A stretch of DNA of 63,825 nucleotides, filler included, from Welwitschia mirabilis (taxonomy: Eukaryota): the NCBI GenBank assembly GCA_051453625.1. It is 6 parts of one record of this genome, joined end to end, with 100 filler letters (N's around TTAATTAATTAA, not from the genome) between each part and the next. Parts side by side here need not be neighbours in the genome. Positions count along the whole stretch, not along the records: positions 20,631 to 37,661 come from JBOZIK010000001.1; positions 37,762 to 59,844 come from JBOZIK010000001.1; 4 more parts are not named here. One strand, 5' to 3'. Positions within the stretch are counted from its first letter, which is position 1; each line of letters starts with the position of its first letter. Below the pieces are notes generated by a model. The model was not told the origin of the DNA. It did not search any database and saw nothing but the letters and a program-made list of their open reading frames with translations. Position numbers and translations under genes: made by a program. Below, piece after piece: positions 37,230-50,985 of this stretch.

Positions 37230-37661
37230 TTGTGTCCGTAGCCCTCCCAAGCATGGCCTTTAAGTTCTACGCAGAATTCCATTGGGGCCTGTCGGCCAAG
37301 CACGCTGCCTGCGAATTGCCTGTGATCTTCTGTCAGCCCATTAATGTGGGCCTACCCTCTTCCACCTTCTTGCTTTTTCCTTTTCGCCGGGCCTTGGCTT
37401 CTTTTCTCTGCCTCTTGTTACCACCGTCAACGCCCGACATCCTGCTCGCTGTGTGCATACCTTGGGCACCCCCGCAACCTTGATCATTCACTCTTGCTAT
37501 CTTATAGATCCTCACCGTGGCCCTGCCCTTTCATTAAGCATTTCTACCTGGCTGCAAGGACTCTCCGCGACGCCCTGCTCTCACCGTCTGCACGCGGCTG
37601 CCACTGAACCTTGTGCCTTCCACCTGCCATCTCAGTGCCTGCCCTGCCGTCGCCTGTGCCT
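37230..37661. other. GC-rich, CpG-intact fragment of unknown origin
   Basis: Abrupt compositional shift with many CG dinucleotides. The minus strand encodes a G/R/K-rich low-complexity peptide. It ends at a synthetic spacer. Confidence 0.5.
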
Positions 37662-40600
37662 NNNNNNNNNNNNNNNNNNNNNNNNNNNNNNNNNNNNNNN
37701 NNNNNTTAATTAATTAANNNNNNNNNNNNNNNNNNNNNNNNNNNNNNNNNNNNNNNNNNNNAGTTACATATCAGTGTCATCTAGTCTGTTATTTGGATGA
37801 CTGTGGGGATAACAGTGCATTATAAAATATTCTTAAAATGATGACTTAGCAGTTCACATTAGCAGTAGTCATCTTGCCTATAGTTGGGATGACAGATGGG
37901 ATGACAGTCTTCTTCAATCTTTCCTTAAGGAGAAACTTAGCATTTTTGTCATGAATCCTTATTGAAATCTCTGTGCATCAGAAAGTTCCTTTAATGTATT
38001 AAACTTGGATAGGAATCAAACTTTTCTGAGATTTCATCTTGTATCTTCAAGAACCTTAGAATTATAATTTAAACCTCTATAAACATCCTATAAAACAACT
38101 CATAAAACCCCATCAAATAACCTTAAATTAGTAGTGCAACATAGCCCCCCACTTAGCCTTTGTCAGTCCTTGATAAAAATCAAGTAGAAAAATCGTAATT
38201 GAGAGCCAATTTATTTTTTAAAATATAAATCTAAAAGTTATAAAATAGGCTCATAAAACACATCACATAGATAAATGACAAATAATGCATAATGTGTATG
38301 AAAATTTTGAAAATGTTATGTCATGAAAGATCTTTTTTAAGTTAAAAATTTTTGAAAAATGAGCCATAAAAATGGGTCTCTTTTCTCTCCCTAAAGAATA
38401 AGAAATACATCCCATATTGGAAAGTAAAGAAAAAAAAGCAAATGGGAGTTAAAAGGCAAGTAAAAGAGGACAACTTTTAAAAAAAAAAGTGCAAAGCTGA
38501 GTAATGTCAGATTGGAAAAATATAGAGATATGAAATATTCTGATAGGTTAAGAAAAAGAGTGGACAATAAAATATTTCATCATAAAAAGAATATGAGCAG
38601 CACTTTCCAACACCAAAAATCTAAAGAAAATAAAACACATAAAAAAAACACTTATCTAAGTAAGAAATTACTTTTTATTGAAAACTTAAACAAGAAAAAT
38701 ATGCTTAGAAAATATGATAATAACTTTGAAATGACTAATTAAATCATAAAGAAAAATAAGAAGAATGGACATAATATAACATAAACAAAATATAGCTTAT
38801 CAATCTGATATTTTAACCTAGTAGACTTCCATGAAAGTAATCATAACATCAGTTGATGTAAAAAATGCATGTCTTTTTGTACAAAAATTCCCTTCGATAA
38901 GGTAGTGATTATGACAATGCTAGAGTAAAATTCTTTAAACAATAAATGATCAGACCAAAGAATTGCTTAAAAATGAAATCTTCTACCATCATCTCAAAAC
39001 AAACACCCAAATTTTAAGAGATGAAATGAACATGTGAAAAGACTAAGAGTCTAGGAAACAAGCAGTACCTCTAATGATACTAGAAACACCACTAATCCCA
39101 TATCCTTAAAGTGTAAATGCAACTTTATTATCTATGATGAGGGGAGTACAACCATAGTAAGAGAAATAAGGACACACAAATCATGACCAACTAACCTCCT
39201 AGTAGAGTTTCCATAGCTATCATATTACATTATTAAAGGATCCTTTTGGAAAAATTTGCCCTGATGTACTTGTAGTAGGATATCATGGAGACCATGTTTT
39301 TGAAATATCATAAACATAAAAAATCATGATCTTTATTTCACTTTACTTCTTTTTTTTTAACATGAAAACAACATTCCACGTAACCAAACATTCCAAAAGA
39401 CAAAGTAAAGGTCATAAGATTAAGACAGAAAAGAACATTTTTAAACAATCTAAGACTTTTTCACCATTGAGAGAAACATCAAAAATAAATAATCTTCCTT
39501 CAAATTAGAGTTCATGAATGNNNNNNNNNNNNNNNNNNNNNNNNNNNNNNNNNNNNNNNNNNNNNNNNNNNNNNNNNNNNNNNNNNNNNNNNNNNNNNNN
39601 NNNNNNNNNNNNNNNNNNNNAATATAGAGTATGAAATATTCTGACAAGTAAAGGAAAAAAGTGAAAAATAAAATGTTTCATCATAAAAAGAACATGAGCA
39701 ACACTATACAACACCAAAAATCTAAAGAAAATAAAACACAATAAAGCACTTATCTAAGTAAGAAATTACTTTTTATTGAAAACTTAAACAATAAAAATAT
39801 GTTAAGAAAATATGGTAATGACTTTGAAATAACTAACTAAACCATAGAAGAAAATAAGAAGAATGGCCATAAGATAATATAAATAAACGATAGCTCACCA
39901 ATCTAATATTTTAACCTAGCAGACTCCCGTGAAAGTAATCATAACATCACTTGATGTGAAAAATGCATGATTTTTTGTACAAAAATTTCATTTGATAAGG
40001 TAGTGATTATGACAATGCTAGAGTAAAATTCTTTAAACAATGAATGATCAGACCAAATAATTATTTAAAAATGAACTCTCCTACTATCATCTCAAAACAA
40101 ATACCTAAATTGCAAGAAATAAAATAATCATGTGAAAAGACTAAGAGTTTAGGAAATAAACAATGCTTGTGATGACACCAGGAACACCACTGATCCCATA
40201 GCTTTAAAGTTTAGATACAACTTTATTCTCCATGATGAGAGAAGTGCAACCATAGTCAGAGAAATAAGGATGTATAAAGTATGGCCAACTGACCTCCCAG
40301 TGAAGTTCCCATAGCTAACATATTACACTGCCAAAGGNNNNNNNNNNNNNNNNNNNNNNNNNNNNNNNNNNNNNNNNNNNNNNNNNNNNNNNNNNNNNNN
40401 NNNNNNNNNNNNNNNNNNNNNNNNNNNNNNNNNNNNNATGCTAGAGTAAAATTCTTTAAACAATAAATAATCAGACCAAAGAATTGCTTAAAAATGAACT
40501 CTCCTACTATCATCTTAAAATAAACACCCAAATCTTAGGAAATAAAATGATCATGTGGAAAGACTAAAAGTCTAGAAAATAAGTAATGCTTCTGATGATA

Positions 40601-41759
40601 CCAAGAATACAACTGATCTAGTAGTCTTAAAGTTTAAATACAACTTTATTTTTCATGATGAGAGGAGTGTAACCATAGTCAGAGAAGTAAGAACCCATGA
40701 AGCATGGCCAACTGACCTCCTAGTGGAGTTCCCATAGCTATCATATTACACTGCCAAAGACTCCTCTTGGAAATATTTGCCCTAGCATACTTGTGGTAGG
40801 ATATCATGATGACCATGTTTTTGAGATTTTATAAATATAAAAAATCATGGTCTTTATTTTACACTTTTTAAAAAAAAAACAAAACAAAATTCTACATGAT
40901 CAAATACTCCAAAAGAAAAAAGTAAAACTCGTAAGATTAAAATAGAAAAGAACACTCTTAAACAATCAAAGACCTTTTCATCATTGAGAAAAACATTAAA
41001 AATAAAGAATATTCCTTCAAATTAAAGTTCATAGACTTGTGAATGTCCTAAGATTGGGTGAATTCAATTTTAGCACTAAAATGCCTAAGTCAAAAAATTA
41101 GTCATGAAAATAAATATATTAGTCAAGTTTGAAAAATGATCAAGTAATGCCATAATAATATTTTAAAGAAAAAAGGTAATAGAGAATTTAGATGATTTGC
41201 TCATATAATTTTGAATTTTACCCATCGATTTTCTAAAATTCTCAGGTAGTCAAGTTAGATATCTCAATAGAGTCATAAAAATATATTTTCTTAAAATAAT
41301 AGAAAAAAATTATCATGTTATTGACTATCATCCTGCTAGTCATCTAGATGACATAGAGGATGACATACATAGGAAAATAAATAGAACATAGAAAATTAAT
41401 AGAAAAACTGGAAAACTATCAAAACCAACTCTCGTCCACCTTGTTATGGGATGACATAAAAAACGACATATTATTTCATAGGGAGAAAAAAACACTATAA
41501 ACTGAAATAGAATTCAAAAACAAAAATGAAAATAAAGAAAATAGAAATTCAAAATAAAAAGTACCATGAAAACCAAAAAAAAAAAAAAAAAAAAACAAAG
41601 CCAACAAATTTTTATTAAATTTATAAAACCTAAATCACAATTTTATTGAAANNNNNNNNNNGTTTTAAGATTTTCAGAAAAATGAGGTTCAAACCAAATA
41701 TTCACCAATTGATAAAACATAAAAGGTATGCAATCATTTTTCAGTAAAATCAATTGAGA

Positions 41760-44160
41760 AGAAACAGAATAAAAAGATAATAACTTGATAGCATAATTTT
41801 CAGAATTCAGATAAGAGACAAAAGAATGATAAGTATTATTAAAAATAATCTCTTATGAAAATTTTTAGTGTCTTTGGCATCATTGTGAAAAGCATGTGAA
41901 AAGGAACTCAAATAAATTTTTCAAGATAATTTTGAAGAATTTTTAAAATGTTTCCTATCATTTGATTTAAGACATAGATTCTTAGGAAGATAAGGATTTT
42001 TCAAATGAGCACATGNNNNNNNNNNNNNNNNNNNNNNNNNNNNNNNNNNNNNNNNNNNNNNNNNNNNNNNNNNNNNNNNNNNNNNNNNNNNNNNNNNNNN
42101 NNNNNNNNNNNNNNNNNNNNNNNNNNNNNNNNNNNNNNNNNNNNNNNNNNNNNNNNNNNNNNNNNNNNNNNNNNNNNNNNNNNNNNNNNNNNNNNNNNNN
42201 NNNNNNNNNNNNNNNNNNNNNNNNNNNNNNNNNNNNNNNNNNNNNNNNNNNNNNNNNNNNNNNNNNNNNNNNNNNNNNNNNNNNNNNNNNNNNNNNNNNN
42301 NNNNNNNNNNNNNNNNNNNNNNNNNNNNNNNNNNNNNNNNNNNNNNNNNNNNNNNNNNNNNNNNNNNNNNNNNNNNNNNNNNNNNNNNNNNNNNNNNNTT
42401 AAAGGAAGAGGTTGGGAGATTTTTGAACATAAGTCCTCAAGATGATGATGTTCATTATTTTCAAGAATAAGAATGTAATTTAGAGAACTATTTGTTTAAA
42501 TAATTTCATCTTTGATTATATCTTTCTATTCTTTATGATTGATTATTTCATTCTCTTCTTTTTCATTTTGTTGAGGATCATTACTCTTTTTTAAGATGGT
42601 GGGTTACTCAAAAATATCACTAGAAAGATTATAGAATGAAAAGATCTTATTATTTGATGAAAGACATTCTAATGTTTCTTAGCTTAATTCCTATTTCTCT
42701 CTAAATAACTCCATTAGATTAAAATCTTAATGCTCATCTCCATTAATTTTAAAATTTTAATCTCATATATTGGTGGAACTCCTTTATCCTTATAAAACAT
42801 ATCAAAGTTTGGGATATGATCTAAAATCTCAATGTCATCTTCTTCCTTTTCTCACTATTCTCATCATCTTGTTTCATGTATTTGTTTTTATTAGAAAGGA
42901 AAATGTAATAATCATTTTTATCATAGTTTTTCTCATAAATATACTCCTCATAATCATAATCCAAATAGCCATCATCATCTTCATTTTTCAAAGATGTAGT
43001 TAAGTTGTGATTATCTCCCCTTTGCTTATATCCTAATAATAAAGTTTGATCTAAAATTTTATTCTCAACTTGGAAGCAAGAATTATAATTATTTATTCCT
43101 AAGTTGTTTTTATTTTTCTCAAGGTAAGATGAATTAGGATAGTTTTAAGGATNNNNNNNNNNNNNNNNNNNNNNNNNNNNNNNNNNNNNNNNNNNNNNNN
43201 NNNNNNNNNNNNNNNNNNNNNNNNNNNNNNNNNNNNNNNNNNNNNNNNNNNNTCATTTTCATCATAGTTTTTCTCATGAATATACTCCTCATAATCATAA
43301 TCCAAATAGCTATCCTCATCTTCATTTTTCAAAGATGTAGTTAAGTTGTGATCATCTCCCGTTTGCTTATATCCTAATAATGAAGTTTGATCTAAAATTT
43401 TATTCTCAACTTGGAAGCAAGAATTATAAGTATTTGTTCCTAATTTGTTTTTATTTTTCTCAAGGTAAGATGAATTAGGATAGTTTTAAGGATTTCAAAT
43501 TTGAATAGATGGAAGATTTTATTGAAAAATGGCAATTAAGTTTTCTAATTTTTTATTGGTGTCTTTCATATATTTATTGATATCTTCTTGTTGCCTTACT
43601 GTGTCCCTCAATTTTCCTATTAAACCATTTTTTAGTTTATAATAGTTCATGAGAGATGGATGGAATGGATAAAAGTGATTGTATGAGGTTAAATCTCTAA
43701 GATTTTCTTCATTAGTTCTATATGTATTTTGAAAAGGAAAGGGGGAATAATAAGGTGGTTGAAAANNNNNNNNNNNNNNNNNNNNNNNNNNNNNNNNNNN
43801 NNNNNNNNNNNNNNNNNNNNNNNNNNNNNNNNNNNNNNNNNNNNNNNNNNNNNNNNNNNNNNNNNTCTTCTTTATAGTACTTCATGGGAGATGGATGGAA
43901 TGGGTAAAAGTGATTGTATGAGGTTGAATCTCTAAGATTTTCTTTATTAGTTCTATATGGATTTTGAAAACGAAAGGGGGAATAATAAGGTGGTTGAAAA
44001 GAGGAATGGACCCTATCTCTACTCTCAACATTTCTTTGTGTTGATCTCCCTTTTTTTGCAAAAATCTCTTTAAGTGTTTTCTTACCATTTTCCTCGGATT
44101 CTCTTCTCCTTTTCTCAGAAATAATTTTTTCAATTGTTTTATGACCATTTTCCTTAGATT
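41760..44160 (-). pseudogene. Degenerate gag-derived ORF of the Athila-like unit, fused to an acidic tract and an unrecognised C-terminal domain
   Basis: Minus-strand pieces in order: ENGKKTLKEIFA; a P/Y/F-rich tract HSSFQPPYYSPFRFQNPY; a coiled coil; NLPSIQI.NP (cf. Athila gag GKLPSQ..NP); acidic NEDEDSYLDYDYEE; then ..CAHLKNPYLPKNLCLKSNDRKHFK. Interrupted by gaps and duplications. Confidence 0.55.
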
Positions 44161-44850
44161 TATTTTTATACCTTTTAAAAAGAACTATTTATATGGGTTT
44201 TTAATTACTATTCATTTTTTCTAAAAGAATGGAAGGAAAAGAATATTTAATTCAAGATGAAGGTAGGTGTTTAAAAAAAAATGTGCTTCAAAAAATAATG
44301 AATGCATCTAGAGTTTGTGTTCCTATCCTCCTTAAATACTTTCTTCTATTAATAGCCCCTTTTTTCTCTAATAAGCCTTTTTCTAAACCAACAATTTCAT
44401 AATACCTGCAAATAGAAAATAATAGAAAACAAATAAAAAATAACATTGTCATCCTATCTATCATGGGAATGACATTAGGGATGACACACATAGAAACTAG
44501 AAAAATAAAAATAGAACCAAAAATTAAAACAAAAGGTGAAAAACACAAGAAACAGGACTCATCCACTTAGTCATCTAGACATCACAAGAGATGACAGAAA
44601 CTAATTTATTCCAAAAAAATTGCAATCCAAAAATAAAACCAAAAATAAAAATGGCATACTATAATGAAATGATAGAGGGAACAACCATACTTTTTTTTAT
44701 AGAAAACTAAAATCAAAAAACCAAAACTAACAAACTGCACACAGAAAACCTATAGCTTCTAATAAAATACAATGTTGCATAGAAAAATACCAAACTAAGG
44801 TTCGATATCTTTATTTGAATGACAATAACCTTTGTACTCCTTAATAGCCT

Positions 44851-44868
44851 TCCCTGGTAATGGCACCA
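44851..44868 (-). promoter_or_regulatory. Athila-type primer-binding site (tRNA-Asp)
   Basis: tccctggtaatggcacca reads tggtgccattaccaggga, against Athila tggcgccgttgccgggga. The differences are C>T or G>A transitions. Confidence 0.8.
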
Positions 44869-44870
44869 AT

Positions 44871-45950
44871 TAGTTATAGTATATATTCATGCAAGCTGTT
44901 ATATTCAAAGAAATCTTATCATTAATAATCAAAATAGATATTTTTCATAATACATCACACTAGTATAATGGGAGCTAACTCAAAATGTCGTATNNNNNNN
45001 NNNNNNNNNNNNTATGAAACTTAGGTTGCTTTGTAAAATAATTATAAAAACCAAAAAATAAATAATAATGAAAGGAAATAAAAGATACAATGCAAGATGC
45101 AAGATGCAATCTAAACTAACATGCAATGCAAAAATAATCCTAACTCTATTTTCTTCAGCCTTAACAAAGGCTACACTTGATAATCTATATCACTCAAGAA
45201 ATTGTCATCAAATAAAGGGCAACATAGATTATAAGGTCATAAGAAAATATACAATGTAAATTTGAAAATAAAACAAAGGTTTATATTAAAAAGAGTAATA
45301 ATCATCTAGGTTACAAAACAGTCAGGTCTCAATGGAGGATATACAGCCCTTCACCAAGTGTACGTCTTTCTACAACACATGCAGATAGATCTCGTGCCTT
45401 TCGATCTCCTATTATGAGAATGTCCGGTGCATCGAAGATGAGAAGGAGAGTCAAAGGGGTTCTTATTATAAGAAAATACAACAGAAAAGGATAAATGGTA
45501 GGTGTGGTTAAGCATACTCATAAATGACTCAAAAATAGACAAAATTGTCAAGGAAATCTATCAGAGCTAATTACACATCAGTGTTATCTGGTCTATTATC
45601 TGGATGACAATGAGAATAATAGTATATTATAAAATATTCTAAAAAATGATAACTTAGTAGTCCACATTAACAATAGTCATCCTACTGGTTGTAGAGATGA
45701 CAGAGGGGATGACAGTCTTCTTTGATTCTTTTGTTGAGGAGAAACTTAGCATTTTTGTCATAAATCCTTCTTAAAATCTTTGTACATCAGAAAGTTTCTT
45801 TAATGTATTAAATTTGGATAAGAATTTCACCGTTTCAAGGTTTTCTCTTATATCTCCAAAAACCTCAGAATTACACTTTAAACTTATATAAAAGTCCTAT
45901 AAAACAACTCATAAAACCCCATTAAATAACCTTAAATTGGTAGCTCAACA
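44871..45950 (-). repeat. Athila-like LTR (about 1.08 kb) shared between two tandem internal regions
   Basis: PBS on its left, and PPT complement taaccccacactt (45951-45963) on its right. The right end ...tagctcaaca matches 38131-38141. Confidence 0.78.
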
Positions 45951-48900
45951 TAACCCCACACTTAGTCTTTGTCAGTCCCTGACAAAAACCAAGTTGAAAA
46001 ACCATAATTACAAGCCAATTTATTTTTCAAAAGNNNNNNNNNNNNNNNNNNNNNNNNNNNNNNNNNNNNNNNNNNNNNNNNNNNNNNNNNNNNNNNNNNN
46101 NNNNNNNNNNNNNNNNNNNNNNNNNNNNNNNNNNNNNNNNNNNNNNNNNNNNNNNNNNNNNNNNNNNNNNNNNNNNNNNNNNNNNNNNNNNNNNNNNNNN
46201 NNNNNNNNNNNNNNNNNNNNNNNNNNNNNNNNNNNNNNNNNNNNNNNNNNNNNNNNNNNNNNNNNNNNNNNNNNNNNNNNNNNNNNNNNNNNNNNNNNNN
46301 NNNNNNNNNNNNNNNNNNNNNNNNNNNNNNNNNNNNNNNNNNNNNNNNNNNNNNNNNNNNNNNNNNNNNNNNNNNNNNNNNNNNNNNNNNNNNNNNNNNN
46401 NNNNNNNNNNNNNNNNNNNNNNNNNNNNNNNNNNNNNNNNNNNNNNNNNNNNNNNNNNNNNNNNNNNNNNNNNNNNNNNNNNNNNNNNNNNNNNNNNNNN
46501 NNNNNNNNNNNNNNNNNNNNNNNNNNNNNNNNNNNNNNNNNNNNNNNNNNNNNNNNNNNNNNNNNNNNNNNNNNNNNNNNNNNNNNNNNNNNNNNNNNNN
46601 NNNNNNNNNNNNNNNNNNNNNNNNNNNNNNNNNNNNNNNNNNNNNNNNNNNNNNNNNNNNNNNNNNNNNNNNNNNNNNNNNNNNNNNNNNNNNNNNNNNN
46701 NNNNNNNNNNNNNNNNNNNNNNNNNNNNNNNNNNNNNNNNNNNNNNNNNNNNNNNNNNNNNNNNNNNNNNNNNNNNNNNNNNNNNNNNNNNNNNNNNNNN
46801 NNNNNNNNNNNNNNNNNNNNNNNNNNNTCATGTAGAAAGACTAGAAGTCTAGGAAACAAGTAATACTTCTAATGATACCAAGAATACCACTGATCCTATA
46901 GCCTCAAATTTTAAATACAACTTTATTTTCCATGATGAGGGAAGTGTAACCACAGTTAGAAAAGTAAGGACCCATAAAGCATAACAAACTAACCTCATAG
47001 TGGAGTTCCCACAACTACCATATTACACTGCCAAAGGAACCTCTCAAAAATATTTTCCTCGATGTACTTGTGGTAAGATATTATCATGACCATGTTTTTG
47101 AGATTTTATAAATATAAACATCATGATCTTTATTTCATATTTTTTTTCCAAAAAATAAAAAAAAATTCCACATGACTAGATACTCTAAAAGAAAAAGGTG
47201 AAAGTCATAAGATTAAGATAGAAAAGAACACTCTTAAATAATTAAAGACCTTTTCACCATTGAGAAAAACATAAAAAATAAAGCATCTTCTTTCAAATAG
47301 AAGTATAAACTTGTGAATGTTCTAATATTGGATGAATCCAATCTTACCACTAAAATGCCCAAGTCAAAAGACTAGTTATGGAAATAAATACATTAGTCAA
47401 GTTTAAAAAATAATTAAGTAATGCCATAATAATCTTTCAAAGGAAAAAACTAAGAGACAATTCAGATGGTTTTCTCATGTAATTCTGAATTTTGCTCATC
47501 CATTTCCTAAAATTCTCAAGCAGTCAAGTTAGAAATCTCAATAGAGTCATAAAAATGTATTATCTCAAAATAATAGAAAATAAAAATTATCATTTTATAG
47601 ACTATCGTTCTGCTAGTTGTTTAAACAATAAAGAGGATAACATACACAGGAAAAAGAAATTAAATACAAAAAAATAGAAAAACTAGAAAACTATTAAAAC
47701 CAACTATCATCCACCTTGTCATGAGGATGACATAGAAAATGATATATTACTTAATAGGGAGCAAAAAACACTGTAAGCTAAAACAAAATTCAAAAACAGA
47801 AGATGAAAATAGAGAAAACAAAAATTAAAAATTAAAATTACCATGAAAACCAAAAAGAAAAATCAAGGGCAACAAATTTGTATTCAATTTTTAAAATCTA
47901 ACTTACACTTTTATTGAAAAAGAAAGCAAGAAAGCGAAAAAAAACATGGTTTCAATATTTTCATAAAAATGAGATCTAAACCAAATATTCACCAATTGAT
48001 AAAACATATAAGGTATGCAATCATTTTTTATTAAAATCAATTGAAAGAAAATATAATAAAAAGATAATACCTTAATAGCACAATTTTCAGAATTTAGGTA
48101 AGAGATAAAAGAATGATAAGTGTTATTGAAAAATAATGTATTATGAAAATTTTTAGTATCTTTGGCATTATTGTAAAAGGCATGTAAAAAGGAACTCAAA
48201 CAAAGTTTCCAAGATAATTTTGAAGGATCTTTAAAATGTTTCCTATCATTTAATTTAAGACAAGGATTCTTAGAAAGACAAGGCTTTTTCAAATGAGCAC
48301 ATGACAATTTATTTCCACAATCATTAATGTAAGAGGGAAAAAATTCATATAACTCATGGAAAAATAATTTCTTATCCAACTCATGATGTNNNNNNNNNNN
48401 NNNNNNNNNNNNNNNNNNNNNNNNNNNNNNNNNNNNNNNNNNNNNNNNNNNNNNNNNNNNNNNNNNNNNNNNNNNNNNNNNNNNNNNNNTTGCTAGTCGT
48501 CCAAATGACATAGAGGATAACATACACAGGAAAAAAAACAAAACACAAAAAATTAACAGAAAAACTTAAAAACTATCAAGACTAACTATCATCCACCTTG
48601 TTATAAGGACAATATAGAAAATGACATATTATTTAATAGGGAGCAAAAAACACTATAAACTAAAATAGAATTCAAAAATAGAAGATGAAAATAGAGAAAA
48701 TAGAAATTGAAAATCAAAGGTACCATGAAAACCAAAAAGAAAAATCAAGATCAACAAATTTTTATTCAATTTCTAAAATCTAACCCACAGTTTTATCAAA
48801 AAAGAAATCAAGAAAGCAAAAGAAACATGGTTTTATAATTTTTAGAAAAATGAGGTTTAAACCAAATATTCTCTAATTAATAAAGAATGAAAGCTGAGAT

Positions 48901-50985
48901 CATTTTTATAGTAAAATTAATTAGGGAGAAAAAAAATAAAAAGATAATACCTTGATAGCACAGTTTTCAGAATTCAAATAATAGACAAAAGAATGATAAG
49001 TGTTATTGAAAAATGATCTCTTATGAAACTTTTTGGTATCTTTGACATCATTGTAAAAGGCATGTAAAAAGGAACTTAAAGGAAGTTTCCAAGATAATTT
49101 TGAAGGAGCTTTAAAATGTTTCCTATCATTTGATTTAAGACATGGATTCTTAGGAAGACAAGGCTTTTTTAAATGAGCACATGACAATTTATTTCTACAA
49201 GCATTAATGTAAGAGATAAAAAATTCATACAACTCATGGGAAAATAATTTCTTTTCCAACTTATGATGTGAAGGATTTGAAACATAAATTGTATTTAGAG
49301 CTTAATATTAAATATGAAAGGCTTTATTTAATATCCAAGGATTTGTAAGAAATTTCTTAGGGTAAGAGATTAGGATAGGCTTTATATACCTAAGAAGCTC
49401 TTTGACTTTTAATTCAAAACATGGATTGGGATCAAGATATTTTTTTCATAATTAATAATTCCAAAACATCTCAAATTTTGTTTTAAAAAAGAATTATCAA
49501 TGGAAGTACATGGTAAAGTTGACTTTGCAATTGAGGAAAAGATAATACTTTTTACACATAAAGTTATCAAAGGAAGAGGTTGGGAAATTTTTGAATACAA
49601 GTTCTCAAGATGATGATGCTCATTATTTTCAAGGACAAGAATGTGATTTAGAGAACTATTGTCTAAATAATTTTTTCTTTTATTAGTTCTTCTCGTTCTT
49701 TATGATTGATTATTTTATTCTCTCCTTTTTTATTTTGTTAAGAATCATTATTCTTTTCTAAGATGGTGGATTCCTTAAAAAGAATCATGAGAAAGATTAT
49801 AGAATAGAAATCTCTTATTATTTGATGAAAGATATTCTAATGTTTCTTGGATTAATTCCTCTTTCTCTCTAAATAACTCCATTAGCTTAAAACTATAATC
49901 CTTATNNNNNNNNNNNNNNNNNNNNNNNNNNNNNNNNNNNNNNNNNNNNNNNNNNNNNNNNNNNNNNNNNNNNNNNNNNNNNNNNNNNNNNNNNNNNNNN
50001 NNNNNATAAGAGATAAAAAAATGATAAGTGTCATTCAAAAATGATCTCTTATGAGAATTTTCAGTATCTTGGGCATCATTGTAAAAGGCATGTGAAAAGG
50101 AACTCAAAGATAGTTTCCAATCTAATTTTGAAGGATCTATAAAATGTTTCTTATTATTTGATTTAAGATATGGATTCATAGGAAAATAATGCTATTTCAA
50201 ATGAGCACATAAAATTTTCTTTCCATAAGCATTAATGTGAAGGACAAAAAATTCATACAACTCATTGTAAAATAATCTCTTATCAAACTCATGATGTGAA
50301 GGATTTAAAACGTAATTTGTATTCAGAGCTTAATATTGAATATGAAAGGCTTTATTTAATATCCAAGGATTTGTAAGAAACTTCTTAGGATAAGAGATTA
50401 GGATAGGCTTTATGTGCCTAAGAAGCTCTTTGACTTTTAATTCAAAACATGGATTGGGATCAAGAAGATATGGTTTTTCCCAATTAATAATTCCACGACA
50501 TCCCAAATTTTATTTTGAAAAAGAATGATCAATTGAAGCACATGGTAAAGTTGACTTTACAAATGAGGAAAAGATATTAATTTTTGCACATGAAGTTATC
50601 AAAGGAAGAGGTTGGGAGATTTTTGAACATAAGTTTTCAATTTGATGATGTTCATTATTTTTAAGGATAAGAATGTGATTTGGAAAATCATTTGTCTAAA
50701 TAATTCCTTATTTGATTATATCTCCCTCTTCTTTATGATGGAGTATTTCATTCTCTTCTTTTTTGTTTTGTTGAGGATTATTATTCTTTTCTAAGATGAT
50801 GGATTCCTCAAAAAGATCACTAGAAAAATTATAGAATGGAAAGATATTATTATTTGATAAAATATATTCTAATGTTTCTTATCTTGATTTCTCTTTCTCT
50901 CTAAATAACTCCATTAGCTCAAAACCATAATCCTTATTTAAGTTGAGTTGATCTTCTTCCATTGTATCAATGCTCATCTCCATCA
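45951..50985 (-). mobile_element. Athila-like unit 2: internal region with overlapping diverged sub-copies (46829-48389, 48491-49905, 50006-50985)
   Basis: Colinear with unit 1, e.g. 46829-47880 with 40550-41630, and 49560-49900 and 50590-50930 with 42399-42730. Ends in gap 50986-51812. Confidence 0.82.

Larger units (their letters stand above)
37762..45950 (-). mobile_element. Non-autonomous Athila-like Ty3/gypsy element, unit 1 (partial 3' LTR 37762-38141; internal region; LTR about 44871-45950)
   Basis: 37762-38141 aligns with about 45570-45950. PPT complement tagccccccactt at 38142-38154, and Athila-type PBS at 44851-44868. No pol motifs were seen in the sequenced part. Confidence 0.8.
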
